A DNA stretch of 64,000 nt from an uncultured Candidatus Saccharimonadales bacterium (lineage in GTDB: Bacteria > Patescibacteriota > Saccharimonadia > UBA4664 > SCTI01), in the NCBI GenBank assembly GCA_964632435.1, contig CAZWEJ010000001.1, forward strand, positions 1,052 through 65,051, written 5' to 3'. A model generated the notes under the pieces. That model made no database searches. It was not told the origin of the DNA and saw only the letters and a program-made list of their open reading frames with translations. Of this stretch, positions 1-8,928 are shown piece by piece; the stretch's first letter is position 1; each line of letters opens with the position of its first letter. The translations under genes were made by a program, and so were the position numbers.

Positions 1-396
1 TTGCTAGCCTTTGCGGTAGTTTCTAAGGGTGCGTCAGCGCCAAAAAGGGGTAAAAAATCATCACAACGGATATCGATCGATAAAGATTTTGTTTCCAGGA
101 AGTGGGTAAACATTCAGACCATGTCTCAAGGAAACGGTAGTAGTTTGAAAGATGCAGTCAATGAAGCGGACAAGCTTCTGGATTATGTAATGAAAGGATC
201 GGGTTTTCGTGGAACCACAATGGGGGAGCGCCTCAAGAATCATGGAGGCCGCTTTAGCGACATTAATTCGGTGTGGTCGGCGCATAAACTGCGAAACGCC
301 CTGGCGCATGAGGCAGATTTTGATCTTGTTCCATCTCAAGCTCGCGAAGCGGTTAAGAATTTTGAGCGGGCGCTTAAAGACCTGAGGGCGCTATGA
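1..396 (+). CDS. Hypothetical protein, C-terminal fragment; the ORF continues upstream of the window. It has a HEPN-like R-x4-H motif (RNALAHE).
   Basis: The ORF is open from base 1 and its stop overlaps the gatB start (ATGA). The motif ...SAHKLRNALAHEADF... resembles the HEPN Rx4-6H signature. Confidence 0.4.
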   Translation: MLAFAVVSKGASAPKRGKKSSQRISIDKDFVSRKWVNIQTMSQGNGSSLKDAVNEADKLLDYVMKGSGFRGTTMGERLKNHGGRFSDINSVWSAHKLRNALAHEADFDLVPSQAREAVKNFERALKDLRAL

Positions 397-1844
397 GTAA
401 TTACGAGCTAGTAGTCGGAATTGAGACTCACGTCCAGCTTTCTACCAAAACAAAGCTTTTTTGCGGCTGCGATAACGATTCCAGAGAAGCACAGCCAAAT
501 GTTAATGTTTGCCCAGTCTGCCTTGGCCTCCCGGGAGCGCTCCCCGTACTTAATGGAGCTGCCGTAAAGCTTGCCCTTAAGGCCGGCCATGCACTCAACG
601 CTTACGAAAAAGTTGAGCAGTTTAACTCAAAGTTCGATCGAAAAAACTACTTTTATCCTGATAGCCCTATGAATTACCAGATAACACAGTTTGATCAGCC
701 GATAATAGGTAAAGGCTTTGTTGAATTTCCGGTTGATGGCGAGATAAAGAGGGTGGGGGTAACGCGTGCTCATCTTGAAGCCGATGCAGGTAAGCTAATA
801 CACCCACCAGGCAAAGATTACTCATTGGTAGACCTTAACAGAGCCGGGACGCCGCTGATTGAAATTGTTTCTGAACCCGATATCAGAAGTGCAGCCGAGG
901 CCAAAGCTTATGCTCAGGAGCTCTACAACTTGATGCGCTACGCTGGAGTAAGTGATGCCGATCTTTACTACGGTAATATGCGATTTGATGTAAATGTAAG
1001 TTTGCGACCAGACGGTTCCGAAGAGTTTGGTACCCGTACCGAAACAAAGAATCTAAACTCGTTTAGGGCAGTTTTTGGAGTTGTTGAATATGAGGCAAAG
1101 AGACAGGCTGAGCTTTTAGATAGAGGTGAAAGAATAGTTCAAGAGACAAGGGGATGGAATGACACCAAAAATCAAACATTTAGCCAGCGCTCAAAAGAAG
1201 AGGCACATGACTATCGTTATTTCCCAGAACCTGATATCCCGCCACTTATAATTACCAAGAGTATGCTTGAAGAAGCTTCTGAGGCTTTCCCACCCGATAA
1301 ATACCCTCAACACATCCGCAAGATCATGGTTTCGCATGGGCTCGATGTCAGTACTGCTGAGGTTCTAATTACCCAACCCGAACTGGCTTTTCTTTACCTT
1401 GATGCGGTTGAGGGATCCAATAAGGGACATCACCGAAGAATTGCTAATTGGCTCACTGGCGAGGTCCGAGCCTATATGCAGTCTGAGCCAACTGGGCCCT
1501 TACATAATCTAAGTGCTGAAAAAATAGTTGCTCTTGCTGAAATGGTCGAGATGGGGCATCTAAGTTCAACAGCATCTAAAGAGATACTGCTTGAAGTCAT
1601 CAAAACCGGCCAACAGCCAAACATAATTGCAGCACGCCTCAATCTCATTCAGGTTTCAGATAGTAGTGAACTGGAACAGATTGTAGATCAAGTTATCGAG
1701 GAGAATCCTAAGCCTGTATCGGACTATAAAGCAGGTGAACAGAAGGCTCTTGGGTTCGTAGTCGGGCAGGTAATGAAGGCATCAAAAGGAAAAGCCAATC
1801 CGGCTATGGTTAATGATATACTTAAATCAAAACTTGGAGAGTAG
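393..1844 (+). CDS. gatB: Aspartyl/glutamyl-tRNA(Asn/Gln) amidotransferase subunit B
   Basis: N-terminus MSNYELVVGIETHVQLSTKTKLFCGC, typical of GatB; a 483-aa protein with a GatB/YqeY C-terminal domain. Confidence 0.95.
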   Translation: MSNYELVVGIETHVQLSTKTKLFCGCDNDSREAQPNVNVCPVCLGLPGALPVLNGAAVKLALKAGHALNAYEKVEQFNSKFDRKNYFYPDSPMNYQITQFDQPIIGKGFVEFPVDGEIKRVGVTRAHLEADAGKLIHPPGKDYSLVDLNRAGTPLIEIVSEPDIRSAAEAKAYAQELYNLMRYAGVSDADLYYGNMRFDVNVSLRPDGSEEFGTRTETKNLNSFRAVFGVVEYEAKRQAELLDRGERIVQETRGWNDTKNQTFSQRSKEEAHDYRYFPEPDIPPLIITKSMLEEASEAFPPDKYPQHIRKIMVSHGLDVSTAEVLITQPELAFLYLDAVEGSNKGHHRRIANWLTGEVRAYMQSEPTGPLHNLSAEKIVALAEMVEMGHLSSTASKEILLEVIKTGQQPNIIAARLNLIQVSDSSELEQIVDQVIEENPKPVSDYKAGEQKALGFVVGQVMKASKGKANPAMVNDILKSKLGE

Positions 1845-2405
1845 GTGACTCAAGTCCAATTCAATATAGAGCAAACATTCGACAAAATAGCGACAAATAT
1901 AAATGATTTTTTGCCGCAGCTGGCTAACGCTATTGTCGTTGCTTTAGTAGGCTTTGTAGTTATTAGAATCCTATCGTGGATTGCGAGCTGGATAATCGGC
2001 TTTATTAAGATGCCAAAGGGTCTTAAGGGCATCATTATCGCCTTGCTCGATACGGTTCTTGCTCTATTCCTGGTGATTGTGGTTCTCAAAGCTCTGGGCT
2101 TAAACGATCTTGCGCTGGCTTTTACAGCTGGAGTGGCTGCATTTGGTATAGCAGTTGGTAATGGCTCGGTAACTCTGGTCGCAGATATTATTGCCGGTGT
2201 TTATTTAGCTCAAGATCGAGATTTTGGTGTCGGCGATATTGTTCGAGTGGGTCCCGATAATATTGAGGGCGAAATAATTAGCCTCGATCTTAGAAGAACA
2301 AGAATTGCCGATAGGGGCGGAAGAATTCATAGTTTCCCAAACGCAGTGGTTGAAAGAAACGCTTTTGTGCTAATTACCAAAAAGAGAAACCGCAAACTTA
2401 AGTAA
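1845..2405 (+). CDS. Small MscS-like mechanosensitive channel domain protein
   Basis: N-terminal TM helices followed by a beta-domain motif (GDIVRVGPDNIEGEIISLDLRRTRIADRGGRIHSFPNAVV) typical of the MscS family. Confidence 0.5.
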   Translation: MTQVQFNIEQTFDKIATNINDFLPQLANAIVVALVGFVVIRILSWIASWIIGFIKMPKGLKGIIIALLDTVLALFLVIVVLKALGLNDLALAFTAGVAAFGIAVGNGSVTLVADIIAGVYLAQDRDFGVGDIVRVGPDNIEGEIISLDLRRTRIADRGGRIHSFPNAVVERNAFVLITKKRNRKLK

Positions 2406-2472
2406 AATAGGGAATTTCCATTTGCCAATTAGCCATTTCCGTTAGATAATATGCAATATAACAGGTGACATT

Positions 2473-2745
2473 ATGGAAGATATACAAACAGTTTTGGTCA
2501 TTTTGCTAAGTATAGGATTCTTGATCCTATTAATCATTAGCATTGCTGTATCAATCGTTATTTATAAAATTCTCACAAATATTCGAAGGCTCACTCAGCG
2601 TATTGATGAGACTACCGAAGATATAAATGAAATGGCTAGGTATATTACGAAGAAGGTAGGGCCCGCTGCTGCATCGGCGGTAATGTCGGTCATGCTAAGA
2701 AAAGCTAAGTCATCATTCAAAAAGAAAGGGAGGAAGTATGAGTAA
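2473..2745 (+). CDS. Small membrane protein, DUF948/YtxG-like
   Basis: A single N-terminal TM followed by a charged helical region; first gene of three small overlapping genes. Confidence 0.4.
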   Translation: MEDIQTVLVILLSIGFLILLIISIAVSIVIYKILTNIRRLTQRIDETTEDINEMARYITKKVGPAAASAVMSVMLRKAKSSFKKKGRKYE

Positions 2746-3220
2746 ATCTAATAAGGGTCTAGTTAAAGGTACCATCGTTGGCGTTATTGTCGGCGCTGTA
2801 GCCGGGATTCTACTCGCCCCTAAGAGCGGAAAAGAAACGCAGCAAGATATTAAGCGAAAAGCAAAAAAAGCAGTTCAAGATGCGGACAAACGATTGACCG
2901 AGATGGAAAGTGAGCTTGAAGGCCGAATCGATAATCTTAAGCTTGCAGCGCGTGAACTGCGAGGCGAAGCTTACGAAGAGAGCCAGAGACTGATTACTAG
3001 AGCCGAGATTTTAAAGAATGATCTTCAGGACTCAGCTTCACGTCTTGCCCGTTCAAGCAAAGATACGCGTGATGATGCTATGGTTGATGCGAAAAGATTG
3101 GTTAGCGAAGGAGCCGCTGTTATGTCAGAATTAGAAAAGATGACAAAAAAAATAATGGCGTCGGCTCGAGATCGAGCGAGGGAGAGCTTCGAAGATAATG
3201 TCAACAGAGACGAAAAGTAA
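2738..3220 (+). CDS. YtxH-like general stress protein
   Basis: GxxxGxxxG glycine zipper plus LAPKSGKETQQD motif and a coiled, charged C-terminal part, as in the YtxH family. Confidence 0.55.
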   Translation: MSKSNKGLVKGTIVGVIVGAVAGILLAPKSGKETQQDIKRKAKKAVQDADKRLTEMESELEGRIDNLKLAARELRGEAYEESQRLITRAEILKNDLQDSASRLARSSKDTRDDAMVDAKRLVSEGAAVMSELEKMTKKIMASARDRARESFEDNVNRDEK

Positions 3221-3473
3221 ACCAACACCAGAAGATTACGAAAAATTGGGTAAGGCGATTGAGTCAGCGTTAATTAATGACTATATTGACCTGCTAGCAA
3301 ACACAAGAAAACAGGTTTGGGGCTCATTTGTTCGAGGCGTTTTTATGGGCCTAGGAACAGTTATAGGAGCAACTATCGTAGTTGCATTTGTGGTATGGCT
3401 TCTTGGTCAATTAGGTGGATTGCCTTGGATTGGTGACTACCTCCAGGGTGCAAGCGAAACTATTCAACAATAA
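3198..3473 (+). CDS. Small membrane protein (third gene of the ytxG/ytxH-like cluster)
   Basis: Overlaps the preceding gene and has a C-terminal TM helix (VFMGLGTVIGATIVVAFVVWLLG). Confidence 0.4.
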   Translation: MSTETKSKPTPEDYEKLGKAIESALINDYIDLLANTRKQVWGSFVRGVFMGLGTVIGATIVVAFVVWLLGQLGGLPWIGDYLQGASETIQQ

Positions 3474-3544
3474 TTTTTCATATTTCAAGTCTTTAAGCGT
3501 AAGCGCTTAGTTGCTAAACTAATGGAAGAGAAGGGGAGCCGTTA

Positions 3545-6500
3545 GTGAATCAAGACAAAGGGGCAACGGCATCGCAAACAGCGGTGCCCGGTGATAGCTT
3601 CGTCCATCTGCATAACCACTGTCACTACAGCCTGCTAGACGGGCTTCAAAAGGTGCCACAGATGCTAGATCGTGCCAAAGAACTCGGCATGACTGCAATC
3701 GCTATGACCGATCACGGCACTCTTTCTGGAACAATCGAGTTCTACAACGAGGCTAAAAAGCGCAAAATCAAACCAATTATCGGTCTGGAGGCTTATGTTG
3801 CTACGAGGGGTATGCACGATAAAGCCGGGAAAATTGACGCCAACCCCTATCACTTGATCCTGCTTGCCAAAAACAATCAGGGTTATCAGAACCTTATGCG
3901 ACTTTCAACGCTGGCACATTTGGAAGGCTTCTATTACAAGCCTCGAATCGATCGGCAGTTGCTTGAAAAATACAAGGATGGACTGATTTGTTTGAGCGGG
4001 TGTGCCTCAAGCGAGGTTTCGCGACATATTCTTAATGGCGCCATGGACGAGGCCCGTAAGGTGGTTGAATGGTATCGCGATCTTTTTGGGGAGGGTAATT
4101 ACTACTTGGAGCTTCAGGATCACGAAGAGTGGGAGCCTCAAATACGGATTAACAAAGGTCTTATTGAACTAAGTCAACAAACTGGCGTCCCGTTGGTGGT
4201 TACTGCCGACTCACATTACACCTGTCGAGAGGACCGCGAGGCTCACGAAATTCTATTGTGCGTCCAAACAGGAAAGACTATCGGCGATACCGACCGTATG
4301 GAAATGGACATGGCTCTATATGTCACGAGTGCCGAGGAGGTAATGAGTCGATGGAGCCACCTCCCTGAGGCGGTTTCTAATGCAGTTAAAATTGCCGATT
4401 CTTGTGACGTTGAACTTGAGCTTGATCGTATCCTGATCCCGACCTTCCCAACACCGGATGGGAAAACTGAGCAATCATATCTTTACGAGCTTTGCTGGCA
4501 GGGGGCCATGTGGCGTTATGGCGACATCCCCAAAGAGGATATGTCGCTTCAAACTCAAGAGAAGGCGCGAAAATCACTGCCAAAGGAAGTTATCGATCGC
4601 CTAGACTACGAGCTCGAGGTTATCGACAAAATGGGCTATCAGGGGTACTTCCTTATCGTTGCCGACTTTATAAACTGGGGCAAAAACCAGGGAATCATTT
4701 TTGGGCCTGGGCGAGGATCAGCTGCCGGCTCAATTGTGGCTTATGTGCTAAATATTACTGACCTAGACCCTCTTGAGTACGATTTGCTTTTTGAGCGATT
4801 TCTTAACCCCGATCGAATTAGCATGCCCGATATTGATATCGACATTCAGGATACCCGTCGCGGCGAGGTAATCGATTATGTGACCGAGAAATATGGGCAA
4901 GATAGAGTTGCCCAAATCATCACCTTCGGAACTATGGCGGCCAGAAACGCTGTAAGAGACACAGGGCGGGCTTTGGGGATGCCTTATGCCGAAGTTGATC
5001 TTATCGCTAAGAAAGTTCCACCTCCGGTTCAGGGGCGCCATATTCCGCTCGCTAAATCCGTGGTTGATGATCCAGACTTGAGGTCTGAATATCAAAATAA
5101 CCCACGAGCCAAAAACCTAATTGACCTAGCTCAAAAGCTTGAGGGTACAATCCGCAGTAATGGCGTTCATGCCGCCGGGGTCGTTATTGCCCCTGATGAG
5201 ATCGTCAATCATGTTCCTCTTCAGCGGGCTCAAAAAGGTGGAATCTGTACCCAGTATTCCATGTTCCCAGTTGAGCAGCTTGGTCTGCTGAAGATGGACT
5301 TTTTGGGGCTTTCAAACCTGACAATTATAAAAAATACACTCCGAATTATTAGGCGAGTATACAAAAAGAACATTGATATTGCCGACATTCCTCTCGATGA
5401 CGATAAGACCTATGAGCTATTTAGCCGAGGGGACACAACAGGAGTGTTCCAGCTTGAATCGGCCGGGATGAAGCGCTATCTTAAAGAGCTCAAGCCAACC
5501 AAGTTTGATGACATCATCGCGATGTGTGCGCTCTATCGACCGGGCCCAATGCAGTTTATCGACGACTTCATCGACCGCAAGCATGGTCGCAAGAAGGTGG
5601 TATACGAACATCCCGGTTTGGAGTCGGCTCTAGGCAACACCTATGGCGTATTGGTCTACCAAGAGCAGTTCATGCAGATCTCAAAAGAGATGTGTGGCTT
5701 TACTGGTGGCCAGGCTGACACACTCCGAAAGGCTATCGGCAAAAAGCAGCGCGAAACTATGGCAAAAATGAAAACAGCCTTTATTGATGGTATGGTCGAG
5801 CACTCAAAAGTTGAGCGAAAATTCGCCGAGGAGTTCTGGAGCCGGCTAGAAGCTTTCGCCGACTATTGTTTCAACAAATCTCACTCTGCCTGTTACGCAC
5901 TTATTGCCGTTCAGACAGCTTATCTCAAGTCCAATTATCCGGCTGCATTTATGGCTGCATTAATGACCTCAAACTATGACAACATCGACAAGATTTCGAT
6001 GGAGGTCACCGAGACTCAACGTATGGGAATCAACGTTTTGCCTCCAACCGTCAATGAAAGTTATCTAGAGTTCGGTGTTGTCCCAGAGACGGGTGATATC
6101 ACATTTGGTTTGAGTGCGATTAAGAATGTCGGCATGGGTGCAATCGAGGCAATTGTAGAAGCGCGCGAGGCGGGTGGTAAGTTTTCTAGCGTAGAAGACT
6201 TCGCGAAGCGAGTTAGTGCGTCCCAAGTTAACCGAAAAGTGTGGGAAGCTCTAATAAAGTGCGGCGCCATGGATGACTTTGGGGATCGCAGCCAGCTACT
6301 TTATAACCTCGACATGATTACCAACTATGCTTCTAAGGCTCAAAAAAATGCACTCAGCGGTCAGATCGATATCTTTGGCTCAATGGGCGTTGAGGATAGT
6401 CTGCCGGCTCTCAAGATGGAACTTCCTCCAACTCAAGTTAGTTCTAGGGAACAGCTGGGATGGGAGAGGGAGCTTCTAGGGCTTTATCTTTCTAGCCATC

Positions 6501-7243
6501 CGCTTGAGGAGTATTCGGCTTATCTGGACGATAATTGCGTTCCAATCAAATCAATCTTGCCTCAACACGAAGGTCGTACCGTCAAAATTGGAGGCATGAC
6601 TACAACTGTGCGCAAAATCACCACTAAAACAGGTGGCAATATGGCTTTCGTGGGTGTTGAAGATAGGTTTGGTGACAGCCTAGAGTTGATCGTGTTCCCC
6701 AAAGCTTATGAAAAAACCGTGTATCTCTGGGAGCCAGATACGGTAATTGAGGTGAGCGGCAAGGTTAATACTAAAGATCGCGATGGCGTTTCTACGGAAG
6801 AGATCAAGATCATGGTTGATGAGGCATCACGTATTGATTACGACATGGCTAAGGCCTACAAGCACGATCCGAATAAGAAAACACCCGCTGTTGGTGGCTT
6901 CGCACCAGTATCAAATCGTGAGAGATATGCTAAGGCGGCGAAGGCAAATGTAGAACCTGCACCTCAAGTTAAAAACGATGTGCCCAAGCCAGCTCCAAAA
7001 GAGCCAGTAACTTCAAGCGAAGAAGGTATAGTCATAACACTCAGCAAGATGTCCACAACCGAGGTGCTAGCTGACATCAAGAAAATCCTAACAGACTTTC
7101 CCGGGCAAACCCCAGTTTATCTTGTGATGCCAGGTAATCCTCCTAAGAAAATAAAGCTCCCACATTCAATTGATGTAAGCGACGAACTAATCGGCAAATT
7201 AAAAGCAGCGGTTAAAGACGGAAACGTCAAGCTATCCCGCTGA
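3545..7243 (+). CDS. dnaE: DNA polymerase III alpha subunit
   Basis: GTG start with RBS GAAGGGGAG. N-terminal PHP domain (HLHNHCHYSLLDG...MTDHGTLSG), polymerase core and OB fold, plus an about 150-aa C-terminal extension. Confidence 0.95.
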   Translation: MNQDKGATASQTAVPGDSFVHLHNHCHYSLLDGLQKVPQMLDRAKELGMTAIAMTDHGTLSGTIEFYNEAKKRKIKPIIGLEAYVATRGMHDKAGKIDANPYHLILLAKNNQGYQNLMRLSTLAHLEGFYYKPRIDRQLLEKYKDGLICLSGCASSEVSRHILNGAMDEARKVVEWYRDLFGEGNYYLELQDHEEWEPQIRINKGLIELSQQTGVPLVVTADSHYTCREDREAHEILLCVQTGKTIGDTDRMEMDMALYVTSAEEVMSRWSHLPEAVSNAVKIADSCDVELELDRILIPTFPTPDGKTEQSYLYELCWQGAMWRYGDIPKEDMSLQTQEKARKSLPKEVIDRLDYELEVIDKMGYQGYFLIVADFINWGKNQGIIFGPGRGSAAGSIVAYVLNITDLDPLEYDLLFERFLNPDRISMPDIDIDIQDTRRGEVIDYVTEKYGQDRVAQIITFGTMAARNAVRDTGRALGMPYAEVDLIAKKVPPPVQGRHIPLAKSVVDDPDLRSEYQNNPRAKNLIDLAQKLEGTIRSNGVHAAGVVIAPDEIVNHVPLQRAQKGGICTQYSMFPVEQLGLLKMDFLGLSNLTIIKNTLRIIRRVYKKNIDIADIPLDDDKTYELFSRGDTTGVFQLESAGMKRYLKELKPTKFDDIIAMCALYRPGPMQFIDDFIDRKHGRKKVVYEHPGLESALGNTYGVLVYQEQFMQISKEMCGFTGGQADTLRKAIGKKQRETMAKMKTAFIDGMVEHSKVERKFAEEFWSRLEAFADYCFNKSHSACYALIAVQTAYLKSNYPAAFMAALMTSNYDNIDKISMEVTETQRMGINVLPPTVNESYLEFGVVPETGDITFGLSAIKNVGMGAIEAIVEAREAGGKFSSVEDFAKRVSASQVNRKVWEALIKCGAMDDFGDRSQLLYNLDMITNYASKAQKNALSGQIDIFGSMGVEDSLPALKMELPPTQVSSREQLGWERELLGLYLSSHPLEEYSAYLDDNCVPIKSILPQHEGRTVKIGGMTTTVRKITTKTGGNMAFVGVEDRFGDSLELIVFPKAYEKTVYLWEPDTVIEVSGKVNTKDRDGVSTEEIKIMVDEASRIDYDMAKAYKHDPNKKTPAVGGFAPVSNRERYAKAAKANVEPAPQVKNDVPKPAPKEPVTSSEEGIVITLSKMSTTEVLADIKKILTDFPGQTPVYLVMPGNPPKKIKLPHSIDVSDELIGKLKAAVKDGNVKLSR

Positions 7244-7284
7244 CCCTTGATCTGATCTCCAGATTATGCTAAATTAGCTGAGTT

Positions 7285-7905
7285 ATGCATCCGGCAATAA
7301 TCAATTTAGATAAGCAGAATAAGAAGCCAGCGGTCGCCAAAGTTCAGACCGGTGATACTGTTCGTGTTCACCAGTTCATCCGCGAGGGCAACAAGCAAAG
7401 AATCCAGGTTTTCGAAGGCGTTGTTATTCGAACCGATAGAATGGGTTCTAGCACTGCTTCTATAACAGTACGCCGAATTGCGAGTGGTATTGGCGTTGAG
7501 AAGAGTTTTCTTCTGCACTCACCAAACGTTGATAAGGTTGAAGTAATGCGCCGAGGCAAGGTTCGACGCAAATTTATTAGCTTCCTTCGCGAGCGACGAG
7601 GTAAGTCCGCAAGACTTAAGGAAGTTGCGATTGATCGCAATGCGGTTAATGTAGCGCCAGTTAAAGCCGAAGAGATTAGCGATCCAATTGCTGATGAAGA
7701 CGTAACCGAGGTAGATGTTGATCAGACTCAAGACGAGCTCAACCAGGCCGAAGTTTCAACCGAGGAAGTAGCTAAGGAAGAGAATAAGGAAGCAGCTGCA
7801 GATGAGCCAAAGAACGATCCCGATGCCGCTGACTCTGGCGATGAGGCAGTAATGCCTGCAGAGGAAGCCGAAGAAGGCGTCGACAAGGCTCAACCAAAAG
7901 AGTAA
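7285..7905 (+). CDS. rplS: 50S ribosomal protein L19 with a long acidic C-terminal extension
   Basis: L19 core (VQTGDTVRVHQFIREGNKQRIQVFEGVVI...) followed by about 85 aa rich in D/E/A. Confidence 0.9.
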   Translation: MHPAIINLDKQNKKPAVAKVQTGDTVRVHQFIREGNKQRIQVFEGVVIRTDRMGSSTASITVRRIASGIGVEKSFLLHSPNVDKVEVMRRGKVRRKFISFLRERRGKSARLKEVAIDRNAVNVAPVKAEEISDPIADEDVTEVDVDQTQDELNQAEVSTEEVAKEENKEAAADEPKNDPDAADSGDEAVMPAEEAEEGVDKAQPKE

Positions 7906-7924
7906 AAGCACCATAAACTACTAA

Positions 7925-7946
7925 GCCGCCGAGAGGCGGTTTTTTT
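7925..7946 (+). terminator. Rho-independent terminator after rplS
   Basis: GC stem ccgcc-gaga-ggcgg followed by TTTTTTT. Confidence 0.7.
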
Positions 7947-7967
7947 GTGTAACGGTATACTGGTTAT

Positions 7968-8570
7968 ATGAAGGTAGTTGAAAAAGCTTTTGTTGCCAAC
8001 GGGATGATTCTTGGTATTGATGAAGTGGGGAGAGGCCCTGCTGCTGGACCAGTTACAGTTGGTGCCGTAGTCTTGCCAGAAGGTTGCGAGATAAAAGGCC
8101 TCAATGATTCAAAACTACTGAGTTTAGAAGAAAGGCTTGAGCTTGACTGTGAGATTAAGCTTAGGGCATTAGCAGTTGGGATTGGTTGGGCTAGCCCTAG
8201 TTATATTGACGAGCACGGTCTAACAATGGCGCTCGATTATGCGGCTCAACATGCAATCGACTCAATTGCTGGTAAATATGATCTTATACTGATTGATGGT
8301 AATCATAATTATTTAACATCTCGGGTTCATACTGAGCCCATGGTGAAGGCCGATCAGCTAGTCGCTTGTGTGGCAGCAGCATCTATCGTAGCTAAGGTGG
8401 CAAGAGACCGCCTTATGGATCTTCATGATAGCCGCTACCCTCAATATGGTTTTGCCTCGCATAAGGGTTACCTGACAAGGAGCCATATTGAGGCGATCAG
8501 ACGGCACGGATTGAGCCCGATCCATCGTAAAAGATGGAGCTTAAATGGTGCGCAAGGAGACGGCATTTGA
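7968..8570 (+). CDS. rnhB: Ribonuclease HII
   Basis: GIDEVGRGPAAGPVTVGAVVL motif and overall RNase HII layout. Confidence 0.9.
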   Translation: MKVVEKAFVANGMILGIDEVGRGPAAGPVTVGAVVLPEGCEIKGLNDSKLLSLEERLELDCEIKLRALAVGIGWASPSYIDEHGLTMALDYAAQHAIDSIAGKYDLILIDGNHNYLTSRVHTEPMVKADQLVACVAAASIVAKVARDRLMDLHDSRYPQYGFASHKGYLTRSHIEAIRRHGLSPIHRKRWSLNGAQGDGI

Positions 8571-8913
8571 ACTTGGTCGAGAGGCAGAAAAACTCGCTTC
8601 CCGGTGGCTTGAGGCAAGTGGCTTCGAGATACTTGATCGCAACTGGAGAACACGCTTTCACGAGATAGATATCGTTGCTAGCCATCTAGGTATTCTCCAT
8701 TTTGTTGAAGTAAAATACCGGCGAGGCAGAAATTTTGGCTCCCCAGCAGAATATGTAAACTTTGAAAAACAAAGAAGGATTAAAGCAGCTGCATTTGCTT
8801 ATATAAATGAAAAACGCCCAAATTATCAAGGGATGCAGATTGATGTAATCGGCGTTTATGGCTTCAACAAGCCTTTTAAGCTTGAATACATCCCAAATAT
8901 TACGTTTGCCTGA
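8545..8913 (+). CDS. yraN: YraN family (UPF0102) endonuclease
   Basis: ASRWLEASGFEILDRNWRTRFHEIDIVA..FVEVKYRR signature; overlaps the rnhB end as in many bacteria. Confidence 0.8.
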   Translation: MVRKETAFELGREAEKLASRWLEASGFEILDRNWRTRFHEIDIVASHLGILHFVEVKYRRGRNFGSPAEYVNFEKQRRIKAAAFAYINEKRPNYQGMQIDVIGVYGFNKPFKLEYIPNITFA

Positions 8914-8928
8914 TGTATAATTACGTTC

